From Saccostrea cucullata (taxonomy: Eukaryota), in the NCBI RefSeq assembly GCF_032062105.1, contig NW_026918900.1, forward strand, positions 496,001 to 560,000: a stretch of DNA of 64,000 nucleotides, read 5' to 3'. The notes under the pieces are model-generated. The model made no database searches, had not been told where the DNA came from, and was given only the letters and a program-made list of their open reading frames with translations. The position numbers and the translations under genes are program-made. Positions 50,165 to 61,995 of this stretch are shown in pieces (within the stretch, counting starts at the first letter, position 1; each line of letters opens with the position of its first letter).

Positions 50165-51318
50165 TCACGTTGCCACAAAGATTGCTATTTCTTTGATGAT
50201 TATCCACCAACTCTGTGTTTCCGTTAAAATGATACTCACACAATGAATCTTAAAAGGACCGAGAGTTGATGTCAAATTTCCCACTTTAATATCCCCATTT
50301 TCAAAGTATCCTAAAAGTATATCATTTGTACACTTAGGTTGAGACGAGGATACACTCACTAAACTTAGACTGGCCTGTAGTTTACCGTGTTCGATTTTGT
50401 CCTCTGGGTGTTCACGTGACCCAGTGTCTATAATTATACTATCCAATCTCTGAGGTTCATCGAACACGACTGTGAACCAGTCATTTGCTTTCCCATTGCC
50501 TTTACTCCAAAAATAACCTGGTTCCCTGCTGTAAGCCATCTCTGGAGTGAACGACGGTTCGATGTCCATGTTTGTGTAGATTTTTGCGGGAGGGTTATCT
50601 CCCTTATATGATTTGTCTAAATTGTCAAAATATCTGTCCTTTAAAGGTTGAATTTTTCCAGGAAGTGATGATCGAATTCCAACGTGCTGAAATATGGTGG
50701 GACGACGAATGTAGCGAGTAAACTGTAGCATCTGCAGGTTGAAATATAAAAACGTAAAGTCGCACGGTTGTTCTTCATAAAATAATAACACCATCTTGGC
50801 TAATTTTTCCAGATCGTACGAATGATAAAGTTTACCGATAAACCCAAGTTCTGAAAATTCTAAACATGTCCATGGCGTTTTGAACTCCGAAACATAATCT
50901 TTGATTACTTGCAGATATCCAGGAACTGTAAATATGTCGTCCTCCATTTGAATGTAATATGTTGATAAGTTTTGACTATATAAGAAAATGAAAGCATAAT
51001 CCACATTCTGTTTTGATCTCCATTTCCTTTTGTCATCATTATCATTGTAAGTATGCTTTAGATTATCTAATGGGGGATAAAACGATTCCCAGGAACTAAT
51101 TACAATAAGAGTTCCAGACGTTATTAGATTTGAATATGATTTCTTGATTCTTCCGCTAATGTCTGCCCTCCAAGTTTCATTAAAATCTGCAAGAAAAATC
51201 ACTATGTAGATTTCCTTGAGTTCTTCTGTCCTCGTGAAGTTAACTATGGATTTGATAGTTTTCATTATGTACTCGTCTCCCACTCGTCTAACTGTGGGGA
51301 TACCAATCGTCAAATATC
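50165..51318 (-). CDS. MGAT4C: MGAT4C-like large terminal exon (catalytic plus lectin domains)
   Basis: 382-aa ORF in the track; acceptor ttgtttcag| just upstream; stop TGA followed by TAG. Confidence 0.96.
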
Positions 51319-54300
51319 CTGAAACAATGCATCAAATGTCAGAGTTATGTATGCATTATTTTTTTCTTTTTTTATAAATTTATCAGCGTAGCATATGTTA
51401 ATAAACAGAGAAAATCAAAGATATAAATAAGATAAATCAATGTCATCTTTAGACAAAGAAACTCAATTTTATTAACATGAGGTCGAGGACAATTACAAAG
51501 CTGCTTATGAAACCGAGCAATCGAAATGATAAAGCTTAAATTAGATAGCAAGATAGAAGAATAGGTTTATGAACTCTGCATTTCATATCCTGGCTAGGTA
51601 TTTTATACCTCGTTGTTTGAAAAAAATAGAAGTATTGACTGTTTATACTTATGAATAATTTTTTTTATCACATAATATATGTCCTTACTTTTCTGCTCTG
51701 GGACTCTTTGGAATAAAGTAGCTTCTTTTCGCCATGCAGAATGAAGTTTTGTCAAATCTGATGAGGGCTATAACATTGAAATTTAATGTATGTGTCAATT
51801 TGTGATACGTTAATTACATAGATACTATTAGTCACTGTTTCATTTTTGCTGAGGACGTATATAACTCAATCACATACTCAATGAACAGTAACTCAAATTC
51901 TCAATAACACATTTACTCACTCATACACTTTTGAAACAGTAAATCAGTGATTTAACTATCCTCAAACATTTATTTACATTAATTCACTGTAAACTTTCCT
52001 TCATGTGTAAGTTTTTGAATAAATTTTGCTTCAGCGGAATTATAAAATACATTATGAAATTTTTCCTCCCAAATCAGTACTGTAACTGTGCTTTATATTA
52101 TTCATAATTTATAATTTTGATGTATTTTTACATATATTGTTTATGAGATAATCGCATTAGGTACGAGGTGGAATTAGTACAACTGTTAATATTATATGAG
52201 TATGTATAAGATTATTATTTTTAAATCCATCTCAATATAACAGATTTCCGTTTATGTTTCCGTCCCTTAGTACATGTATACCGTCTGTAACAAGTTGTTG
52301 TCTGTACTTTATACCCGTACACAAAACTCTGCACTATACATAATCATTTTACATGTTTCATTGTTGTATGTCTCTACAGGCTCTTGAATGGCAATAAGTC
52401 ATCATCGTCGCAAACCACAGCCAAAATGTACGACCCTCTCCCATTCTGGCCCACTCGGCAAACATGCCAAACCTCGGCTGATTCCGTGGACTACATCAAA
52501 CAATAGATGAGGTACGAATCGGCCGAGGTGTGCCGAGTGATTCTGGCCACGGGTAGGAGAGAGCAGACTCCGGACCGTGGCTTGAGTCGATGATAAATCA
52601 TTCGTATGTTGTAACAGTATAGTGTTCCTTAAAATATCAACTTCGAAGTACTTTTGTGTAGAATCAAAGTGACTTTAAAAAGTAATTTTTTTGATGACCA
52701 AACACATTATATAAAAAATTTCAAGTTCTATTTTTATTGAAAAGGCAATTGTATTGTTATAAAAAGCCTCGTTTTGAAATTATTCGTAGGAATAGTTGTA
52801 CGTGCATGTAATTTTATAAAGTGTAAAAAAAAAATCGTACGATCTGATGTGAACGGGTCACTAACCTCATTATATTAAAAATCTAGGTTATCTAATACAT
52901 GTACATGTAAGTAGGAAATAAATGTTGGTCAATTAAACAAGCGCCATATCACATAAATGTATACATTGACACCGTAAACTTTTACCTTGTTAAGATAATC
53001 CTTGTATGACACCAGATTGTAAGCTTTTTGTTGATATCTGGAGTCTGTTACCTTTTCACTATTAATCCATGTTGAGCATTTGTATACAGCATCTATAGGT
53101 AGAAATACATTAGGTATATGGACTTATAAACCTTTTACATAATGCCACATACAAACATACACGCACAGGATTTACAGACATGTATCTATTAAAGTCTATT
53201 ACATAAATATATGGAGATAACAAACAGTATTCAAGCTTAAAAGGCCATTAAACAATACAAAATTGAATCAGAGAAAAAACGGACATCTAAAACATCAGAG
53301 GTGGGATCAGGTGCCATGGAGGAGTGAGCATCTCTTGGTGACACGTCACATCCGCCGTGTGCTCCTTATCAGATCGGAAAATAACGGAAAAAATACATCG
53401 ACAATTCATGTGTAAATAATGGCCTAACAATTAGTATGAAAAACGTCAGTCAGCATTTGACTCAATGATAAGTTGTAATTGCTGACAAAGTCATTGCATC
53501 GACCAAGGAACTTACGAAATGATGAGTTTAAACAAGACTGCTGATATTCTTGTTTCATCAACTTGTTTGTCAGTAATTTACCTCGTTTCAGAAATTGAAC
53601 ATACGTAGAGCATGCTCTTGCGTATCGAATCAACTTAGATATATAAACCCCGTAAACAGGAGATGAATGTATATTTCAGATGATGAAGGTATAATTAGTA
53701 GCATTTGAAAGTACATGTATTTCACATAAAATTTTTATTTTTAGTAACCACGGCAACAACATTCATCAAAATAAAAACCGATACATAGAATTATGAATCT
53801 TTAAGTGTAGTATACGCATGTGCCAAGTTAGATTGAAATTAGACCAAAACTGAGTATTTCAAAAATTTTCTAATTTTTTGGTAACCACGGCAACATTGTT
53901 CATCGACGTCAAAAACCAACAAATTGAATTATGTATCTTAATGTAGTCTACTTGTATGCCAAGTTATACTGAAATCAGACCTAAACTGTAGGAGGAGTAG
54001 CATTTTGAAAAATTGTTTACAGATAGACAGACAGACAAATAGACGGACGTACAGCTAGACGGACGGAAGACGGACACCTTACTATCGCATAAGCTCTTCT
54101 GTCTCTGACAATAGAGCTAAAACATGTTGCATGTTGACAAAAATATGTTGCATGTTGACAAAAATATGTTGCATGTAAAAATAAACAAGTTGCATCTAAA
54201 CATTAACAAATTAATTGCATCTCAACATAATAAAGTTGCATGCTCTTAAAAAGTCGTTGCCTGTCAACATATTTATCTTGCATGTCAACATACATGTTAA

Positions 54301-54825
54301 CAAGTTGCATCACAACAAAAATTTGCATGTTGAAAAAATATGTTACATGTCAACATACATGTATTCATCTCGCATGTAAGTCAAAACAAGTATCATCTTA
54401 ACAGAAATAAATTGCATGTTGACAAAAATATGTTGCGTGTCAACAAATATATCTCATATGCCAACATAAATAAATGTATGTTAATTGAATTTAGCGTCTT
54501 TGAAGTCACATGTTGGCGAAAGTTGATAATTTTTGAAAATTCTTGATTACTTGCTTTTTAAATGTTGCATGTTAATATAATCAAATCCTACATAATGACA
54601 TCATGATCTAAAGAAAAATAATTTGCACCAAGGAAGCGAAATATATCACTACCATACTAAATCCGTCTATATTATTAGAATAAAATAAAATAAAGTTAAA
54701 ATGGTGAGAAATTAAAAATAATACTTACAGGAATTGCTATGAAGAAGAATCAGTATTTGGATAATGAAAGTAAAAACAGAAAATACACAGATAATGCTAG
54801 TCAGTGGTATTCTGTTAGTCTTCAT
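50165..54825 (-). CDS. MGAT4C: Alpha-1,3-mannosyl-glycoprotein 4-beta-N-acetylglucosaminyltransferase C-like (GT54). complement(join(50165..51318,51689..51767,52986..53092,54729..54825)); 478 aa
   Basis: Type II membrane N-terminus (MKTNRIPLTSIICVFSVFTFIIQILILL) and a stem, then KRYLTIGIPTVRR, WRSKQNVDYAF, YYIQMEDD, LEFSELGFIGKLYHS, FQHVG, GDNPPA and a C-terminal lectin-like domain. Introns are GT-AG with phases 1, 0, 1; total 1437 nt; in-frame upstream stop. Confidence 0.93.
51689..51767 (-). CDS. MGAT4C: MGAT4C-like coding exon 3 (PSSDLTKLHSAWRKEATLFQRVPEQK)
   Basis: gttatag| ... AAAA|gtaagg; 79 nt, phase 0 to 1, open. Confidence 0.8.
52403..52593. mobile_element. Decayed foldback/MITE-like imperfect palindrome in an MGAT4C intron
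   Basis: tcatcg..aaccac..cactcggca..acctcggctgattc pairs with gaatcggccgaggt..tgccgagtg..gtggct..cgatga. Confidence 0.55.
52986..53092 (-). CDS. MGAT4C: MGAT4C-like coding exon 2 (AVYKCSTWINSEKVTDSRYQQKAYNLVSYKDYLNK)
   Basis: acctatag| ... AAG|gtaaaa; 107 nt, phase 1 to 0, open. Confidence 0.75.
53270..53680 (-). mobile_element. 5'-truncated Penelope-like retroelement fragment
   Basis: ORF 53424-53633 [35 protein letters not shown], plus the terminal motif gaggtgggatcaggtgcc. Confidence 0.8.
53700..54122 (-). mobile_element. Helentron/HINE-like remnant with two ~155-bp units and (GACA/GACG)n
   Basis: Repeated 'gtaaccacggcaaca..tgccaagtta..tgaaat', then cagacagac/ggacggac, and a terminal agctct..agagctaaaa hairpin. 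Confidence 0.6.
54121..54480. repeat. Degenerate ~21-bp tandem repeat (atgttgcatgttgacaaaaat)
   Basis: Many ttgcatg/gtcaacat cores. Confidence 0.7.
54729..54825 (-). CDS. MGAT4C: MGAT4C-like first coding exon (cytoplasmic tail plus TM anchor)
   Basis: accATGa start, hydrophobic anchor, donor CCT|gtaagt in phase 1. Confidence 0.82.
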
Positions 54826-55679
54826 GGTCCGCGCACCTAATCCGTTCACGCGTCATCTGTCACTTTCTGTGCTCAATAACACCTCCGCATTGTATACGAA
54901 GATGTTTCCACGCACCACAGCTGTTCGGAGCACAATAGCTTTTTCTTCAGGTCTCTGCCATTGTCAGGGTTGTGTTTACCAATGATGACCAGAGTTAAAC
55001 AGATTTTTATTTGTACATAACTTTGTCCCTTATTCAAATAAAAACCCAGTCAGGAAATCTCTTGGATGTTTGTTCTAAATTCCCATGCATTCAAACGCAG
55101 ATAGTCCCTCAAATAGAAGCATGTTGTTAATCTCCTGAATAACGCAATTGTTCTTACGCCTAAGCTATCGGATCCCTCGACCACTTAGGAGGCATCGGTT
55201 ACAGACTTGCTTAATCAGATTTTTTAATTAATGATTGGATGCAGACCTCGGAGCTATATGGTCATGATGGTTTATATTCAAGTTCAGGTTTCATCTTACT
55301 GTACCTTTCCTCGGCGGGTTCTTTCTATGAATAATTCATTTTCATTGATATTTTTACACTATTCATCATGTACATTTTTTTACCTGCTATTTGCGTATTG
55401 GGCAGAAGATAATTGTTCATAACATCGATGATATACATGTTTAATAGAGATTTAAGTATACGAAGCTTATAAGTTTTTTACTGACTGTGAGCTTCTCAGA
55501 AATATAATTATATAGGGATGATCAATCTCAAAACCTGTTAAATTGATTAACCCGATGTATTTTTGTAGAAAGTAGGTAACACACTCAAGGATAGAAAGGT
55601 TACAAGAAGAAAACAAACAGTTGGCGATCTTAAAAAAATCTATAAACGTTTCAAGTCTGTAATGATAGAATAAAACACA

Positions 55680-57235
55680 GACCCCTGAAAATCACAGAGG
55701 TGGGATCAGGTGCCTAAGACGAGTAAGCAAGCCTTGTTGACCGATCACAAACGTCGTGAAGTCTACGTTTGGTCAGGAAGATGGAACAGTCCGTCTGTAT
55801 GATTATGTCAAATTCAATATAAAAACAAAGGCCTAAAATTGAACAAAGTCAGCCGAGATACGCCCAAATGATATAAGTTATACACGTACAATTCATGCAA
55901 TTGTTAACAAGGTACATGTAATTAAAACCACGAGACTGCTAATATTCTTGTTTCATCAACTTGTATGTCAATAATTTACCTCGTTTTGAAAATTGTTCAT
56001 ACGTAGAGAATGCTCAAGATTGCGTATCGAATCAACTGAGATATACATGTATTTATTAACTCCATATGCAGGTGATGAAGTTATGTTGCTGCATAAGAAA
56101 GGTAAGTTGACGATAGAAAAGTTAAAATCATCACGTTTTTCACCAGGATATATCTTATCGACATAAGAATGGAAATTACTATTGTTAATTGATAATAAGT
56201 CGTCGATATATCTAAATGTCGAGTTGATGGCCACAGCAAGTGTTTTCTTCTTTTCACGCATAAAATTTTGCACAAATTCTGATTCATATGAATACAAAAA
56301 TAGGTCTGCTAATAACGGGGCGCAATTGGTACCCATGGGAATTCCAATAATTTGTTGGAAGACCTGGTCTCCAAAAACGACATACATTAGATATTGTCAA
56401 TCAGAAACTCACGCATCTTTTTGATGTCAACTTCAGAGTACTTGTGTGTACAATCCGAATGTTTTTCAACACAATAATTTTGCAAATGACCAATGTCAAA
56501 GTTAGTAAATTTACGAGTTCCATTTTTATTGAAAAAGCAGCTGTCAATGATATCAAAAGGCCTGAACTTTAATTTATTGTGAGGAATGGTTGTATATAAA
56601 GTCGTACGTAAGTTTTAATGCTGTTGATTTTGGTAAAATTTTGAGACTTCAAATTTTCCAAAAGAGCCTTGGATTTTTATTGATAAGTATCCACATATGA
56701 TTTACACCACTTCTCTAATGAATTGTTGCACAGTACTCTTGAAGTTTCTCCATCACTATCAATCGGCGATCCTCGGTTGACTCCGCTATACACCATTTAA
56801 TTAAACCTCGGATGAAGGTGGAGGAATGCGCCTCAGGTCGATACATTTCTCCGCCGGGAATTGCCTTGTCACTCATTTCATATTTCGCTCTGCACAAAGT
56901 TCTTCAAAAGGGTATCTTAATTTATCCAATTCTTCATTGTATATATAGGTTTTGACTACAACCTTATGTTAGTAGGCTTTGAAAGCAAGAACTAAATGTT
57001 GAGAGTGCAACAAAATAACTCAGATTTCAAATTTATGACATTTGAAAGAAATTCAAATAAGATCACATGACTGAATAAGCAAGATGGTAGAACACCTTTG
57101 ACGTCCGAGGTTAGTGTCCGAGGTACGAGCCACCCGAGCAGGTCCGAGTTCTTCACTACTGTTAATATTTTTGGGAGGAGTAAAGAAAGAGGCTTGTTAG
57201 AACATTTACTGGGACCCAAAATTTATCTTTGTTTG
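55680..57235 (-). mobile_element. Degenerate Penelope-like retroelement reverse transcriptase (frameshifted, with insertions)
   Basis: QVFQQIIGIPMGTNCAPLLADLFLYSYE, FRYIDDLL, KRDDFNFSIVNLPFLCSNI, upstream GPSKCSNKPLSLLL; 3' motif shared with ~53298. Confidence 0.85.
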
Positions 57236-57302
57236 TGGAACATTTCAATCCTATGAAAAAATCAATTTAGAAGGAGCGAATTTCGGGGGGGGGGGGGGGG
57301 GA

Positions 57303-57907
57303 AACTAGTAGTACTGTAAGCACTGAGCTCACTAAATGATCCCCCGCCTCCCAAACGATTATAATATATTATTAATATAATTGCAAAGTCCATGTTTTGC
57401 TCTAGAAGACCCAAAATAAGTGTCAGATGAAAAAATAGAATAGGAGATGCACAATCATGGTGTTATGTGATAAAGAATCTGTGAAAGTATCAATCTGAAT
57501 AAAATCCGATCCTCGATGCTATTTTTTAAGCGACATTAAAAAGAAATATCGAGGATAATTAGATTGGTGAATTTTATTCATTGGTGTAGGAGGAGTTGCG
57601 GATAAGAGATGGATACCCTTCAATATTATAAAGAGAATGGCAGTGTCAACCTTTTGCTATGGGAAACCCGAAATGTGTCCGATCAAAAAGTAGTATAAGA
57701 GGTGCACAATGGCAATATTTAACAAAGATTCTGTGGAAGTTTCATTAAATTTCATTCAGTGGTATAAGAAGAGTTGCAGATAAGAGATGGATACCCCAAA
57801 TCGTAATTAACAGACAGACGGACGGGGACGGACTGACGGAAAAGACCGACATTAGGAGCACTATATACGTATACCCTCCCAATATTTTCAAGGGAGGGGT
57901 ATCAAAA
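57303..57907 (-). mobile_element. Helentron/HINE-like element with ~180-bp internal repeats
   Basis: Two 'gagttgcggataagagatggataccc' units, a cagacagacggacgg microsatellite, and a terminal ccctccc..gggaggggtatcaaaa hairpin. Confidence 0.65.
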
Positions 57908-58518
57908 TTCCTCTCAAGAAAGACAAAGCTTTGATTAGTAATATCAATACAGACGCATTCTCGGGTAGTAGATTCAAATTGTTCAAATCATTCTCCCGGG
58001 GGAGGAGAGTCAGAGAAGGGGGTCAAAGGTTAAACTATATTGACAAAGGAGATCTATACAATGTCAGGTATATACTTACAAAAACTGAAACCTAATATAA
58101 AAACTGCTTTTCAAAAACATCAAAGCCATGATAAGTCATATTATTTTGAAACATCTTCGATATTTTAAAGTGTATATTTCCTTGTTCAAATAAGTGTCCC
58201 CCGGGGGATAGGATACACGTGATGCCACGTACTTGGCCTTTTTATCGTGTATATCATGTAAAGAGATTCAAAAAAGTTTTTAAAAAATATTTTAAAGCAT
58301 GATAATTAAAGGAAATTTAGAAGCATCCTCTGTTTATGTTTTGTTTCAATACTGAACTGATTTTTGCTCTTTAATTTTTTTCTAGAAAATGAAAAATGTT
58401 TAGTTGAGCAATATTGCACTTTTGCCATCTTTTTTTTTTTTTTTTTTTTTTTTTTTGCCCAACGGGCCAAGGCATATACTTTTGAATCCATTATCAAAAT
58501 TAAAAATTAGGAAAGAAT

Positions 58519-59670
58519 TAAGATATTTGTGAAACACTGATGTCCCCGTATGTGCATCGTCTTAAGCCACGGTTCGGAGTCTCACTTTGCATATTAAAAC
58601 CAGAATGGAAGAGGGTTTTGGCCGTGGTTTGCGACGATGCCGTATATATGTGTGAGATTTGGGCGAAAGTTAAAGTTTCTCAATTGCAAGTTATACTCCT
58701 AGGTCAAGGCAAAAGTAAAAAAAAAAATGAGCACAGGAGAAGGCATCGTCACAAGAAATACACATGTGTAATACATTAGAGCCTTAGCACAAACTGTTCA
58801 AAAGTTAGGAAAAGGGTTAAAGTGTCGAACTCCAAGGTCAATGTCAATTTTTATTTGGCATTCAGAATAAGGCCTTGTCACACCTATGTAATATGAAGGC
58901 CCCAGTGCTTACTGTTTAAAAGTTACGTTGAATGTTAAAGTTTTTAAAAGTGGGTCACAGTCAAAGGTCACGGTCAAAAGGTTAAAAATATTTTTATTTC
59001 CTATCTAGCTTGTAACACGAGCTTTGATTGGTTACAAAGTCGGGTGTAAATATCCGTGCACCCGACTTGAGCCGGGTGTAAATAAAACGTGACGTCACAG
59101 TGCATACATTCTCAGTACGTAGTTATCTAATCGATAGATTGAGACACATTCTGATGTTTACAAAGCATTTTTATTGGTACAAAGGAAATAAATTCGTTAT
59201 CCAGGTTCAATCAAGGGTGTACGGGGATTTACCCCGGGTTTTATTCCATACACCCTTCGGCCTGCGGCCTCAGGGTGTATGGAATAAAACCCGGGGTAAA
59301 TTCCCGTACACCCTTGATTGAACCTGGATAACTAATAATATCCATGGAAAGATATATATATACGGTATGTAAAGTATGAAAGCCTTACCGCCAGCTGTTG
59401 AAAAGTTTTTACCCATGTTAATGCTAGGAAAATTCTTGCAAATTTGGGTTAAAGGTCAAATATATTGAAACCCAAAGGAAGGCCTGTCACAAGGAGTACA
59501 CCTGTCAGGTGAAATATGAATATCAATATGTCACAGTTCCAACCAATCAAGAGTTATAAGCAATCATGAATGTTAAAGTTTTTTGGAGGACAGACAGACA
59601 AACAGCTAAACAGACAGACGGACAGACAGGGCAAAAATACCCCGATTCTTCGATTACGGGGCACGAGAAA
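58519..59670 (-). mobile_element. Helentron/HINE-like element (7301 family) with a nested palindromic element
   Basis: aagatatttgtgaaacactgatgtcccc start, internal repeats, (GACA)n, cccgattcttcgattacggggcac end. Confidence 0.75.
58995..59340. mobile_element. ~345-bp nested non-autonomous element ending in a 61-bp-stem hairpin
   Basis: Arms 59196-59256 and 59272-59332 (one G-T pair), loop tcggcctgcggcctc; it interrupts a host repeat unit. Confidence 0.75.
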
Positions 59671-61750
59671 ACAACGGGCAGTAACATGGATTTGCTGTAA
59701 ATGATACAATGTTGGAAGAGTTATCCTTCTTAGATTACGCTTTCACCGTTTTCCGTTCAAAATAAAAAAAAACATAAATTCGTGTAGAACTAACCATAAA
59801 TGCGTACAAATATTTTTAAAAATGTATAGTGAACAATATTTTTGGTAGTTTCATTGGGCATTTCTGGAGGGGGGCTTCGTAAAATTTTCCGCTAGTAGGT
59901 TGCGAATGGAATTTTTCCATTCTTTCTTTTTGTTAGATCCGCCAAATCTGCCATATCGACAGCTAGGGTCAAACGAAAGTTTTAAAAATCGGAATGTACG
60001 CAGATGGATAATGAAGCGCCTGATCGACAGAGACAATAACAAAGTGGAGTTGATTTCTAGGGTGCACGTTCTTACCCAACCCTTAAAAAATAGCATTGTT
60101 TAACTATACAAGTGTTTTATTTTGAGATTGTTTCCTTTGTTTGTGTTTATGTTTAAATGCACAGTCAGGCGAGTCGTTGAAGGTGGGCTAAGAGGATTAT
60201 AGTGGAAAATTTTTTCAAAGCATCGCAGCATGGGTTAATGACCTCATAAAACCCCTACCTCACACGGATTATTATTTTTTTTTCAAAAGAGAGTTTACTA
60301 CAACAGAATCAAAATAAGTGTTGGAATTCAAATTGTGGACAACTGATTAAAGCCTAATCATGGTAAGTTTTTTTTTTAAACTGTTTGTCAAACATGTCAA
60401 AAGTGTACTGAGTATTTAATTTTAAAAGCTTATATTTTATTTATATATTATATAATGTAATTTGAGATTCCCAAACTATATAATTCCTGGTATGTCAATA
60501 CATATAATCACTGATAATAGCTGTAAAAAAAAAAGGGGGTTAGAGTAAGAGGAAACTTAGATTATTCAGACTATGCGAAGTCGGTTTTTACCGGTAAAAT
60601 TTGGTTCTGGTCTGTAAAAATTCACTATTCAGGGGTAGAGGACCTTATCATGCATAGGCCTATTGTCCAATGAAAATTAAGGCCTAAAAATGTGAATTTA
60701 CATGTACATGTGCATATCGTTTTATTTTCACACATATCTTTTATTCGATATAACCGGTAAAGCATGTCATGATCCTTTATTTATAATTCAAATTATTATC
60801 AAGAAATAAACTCCCCTAACTTAAATTTCTAAGGGTTATCACAGAGAAAAAAAATTAGAAATGGAAATATAAACAGATAAACATAGAAATGACCATTGAG
60901 CTGGCAAAGGAAAGCTTTATTACTGGTATCTTTGGGGTTTCTTTTGACATATTTCACACCAATAAAGATAGATCTTTGTTTCTTTGTTAAAAATGACTAC
61001 AGAGTACAGAATATTCTGCCTACCTGATCAATTTTAATCAAGGATCACTGTCACAGTAGGTGTCACTGTGACCTGTCAACAAGGAATGCTTACTCCTCCA
61101 AAGCACCTGATCCCATCTCATGTCTTTTGCGGTGTTCACAATTGACATATTTGTATTGTTAGTGAGGTTATCAAAATTAATTACTGATCATCATTATCAT
61201 TATCTTACCATTTTGGCAATTCAATTTTAAGGTATTAGACGTAGTCACTGCCACATATTGGCACCAGTGCCCAATTACCCTACCTCAGTACACCACCCCC
61301 TTCCACTGAGTAACATCCATGCCAAATTCCTTACTCCAGTAGCTTTAAATGCCTGTCATAACTCAGATGTTGCCCCTAGAATTAAAACCCTTGGAATGCT
61401 TGGATAATTTTTTCTAACTAAGATTTGAATATCATTGAGTTTAAATTTTGTAATGTAAGTAAAATGTGTATATGGAGTTTAGATTTTGGAATGTATTTAT
61501 AAGTATAAACATTTCTATTTTCAAGGATCAAATACTGTACAGTACTGTATAGCTCACCATACTGTTCAATGTTTTGGGGAGTCAATAAATAGAGTTTAGC
61601 TGAATTGATTAAGTCATCTATTGAATAAAATTGATATTATTGAGGACACAGCCCACAGCACGAACTTAATTATAACAAGGAACATAGTAGAAGATGTAAG
61701 AAACAGGATATTCAATGTTTTGTGAATAGATATTGATTTTATTTCACTCT

Positions 61751-61995
61751 TGAGGCAGGAAGTTTTTATATTTTCACAAATAAAAATTACTTATCGAAAA
61801 TTCCCTATCCATTCATGAAATAAATTCTATATCTATATATAACCACAAAACATTCAATGATTATATAGTTTCTCATGAGGCAGGAAGTTTTTATATTTTC
61901 ACGAATAAAAATTATCGAAAATTCCCTATCCATTCATGAAATAAATTCTATATCTACGGTATATAACCACAAAACATTCAGTGATTATATAGTTT
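61751..61995. repeat. Two-copy ~125-bp tandem duplication
   Basis: tgaggcaggaagtttttatattttcac...aaccacaaaacattca occurs at 61751 and ~61876. Confidence 0.9.

Noticed and set aside
55968-56387. Functional reverse transcriptase gene or retron-like system
   Set aside because: It is frameshifted and internally deleted, carries nested insertions, and several truncated copies occur in the window: a decayed Penelope-like element.
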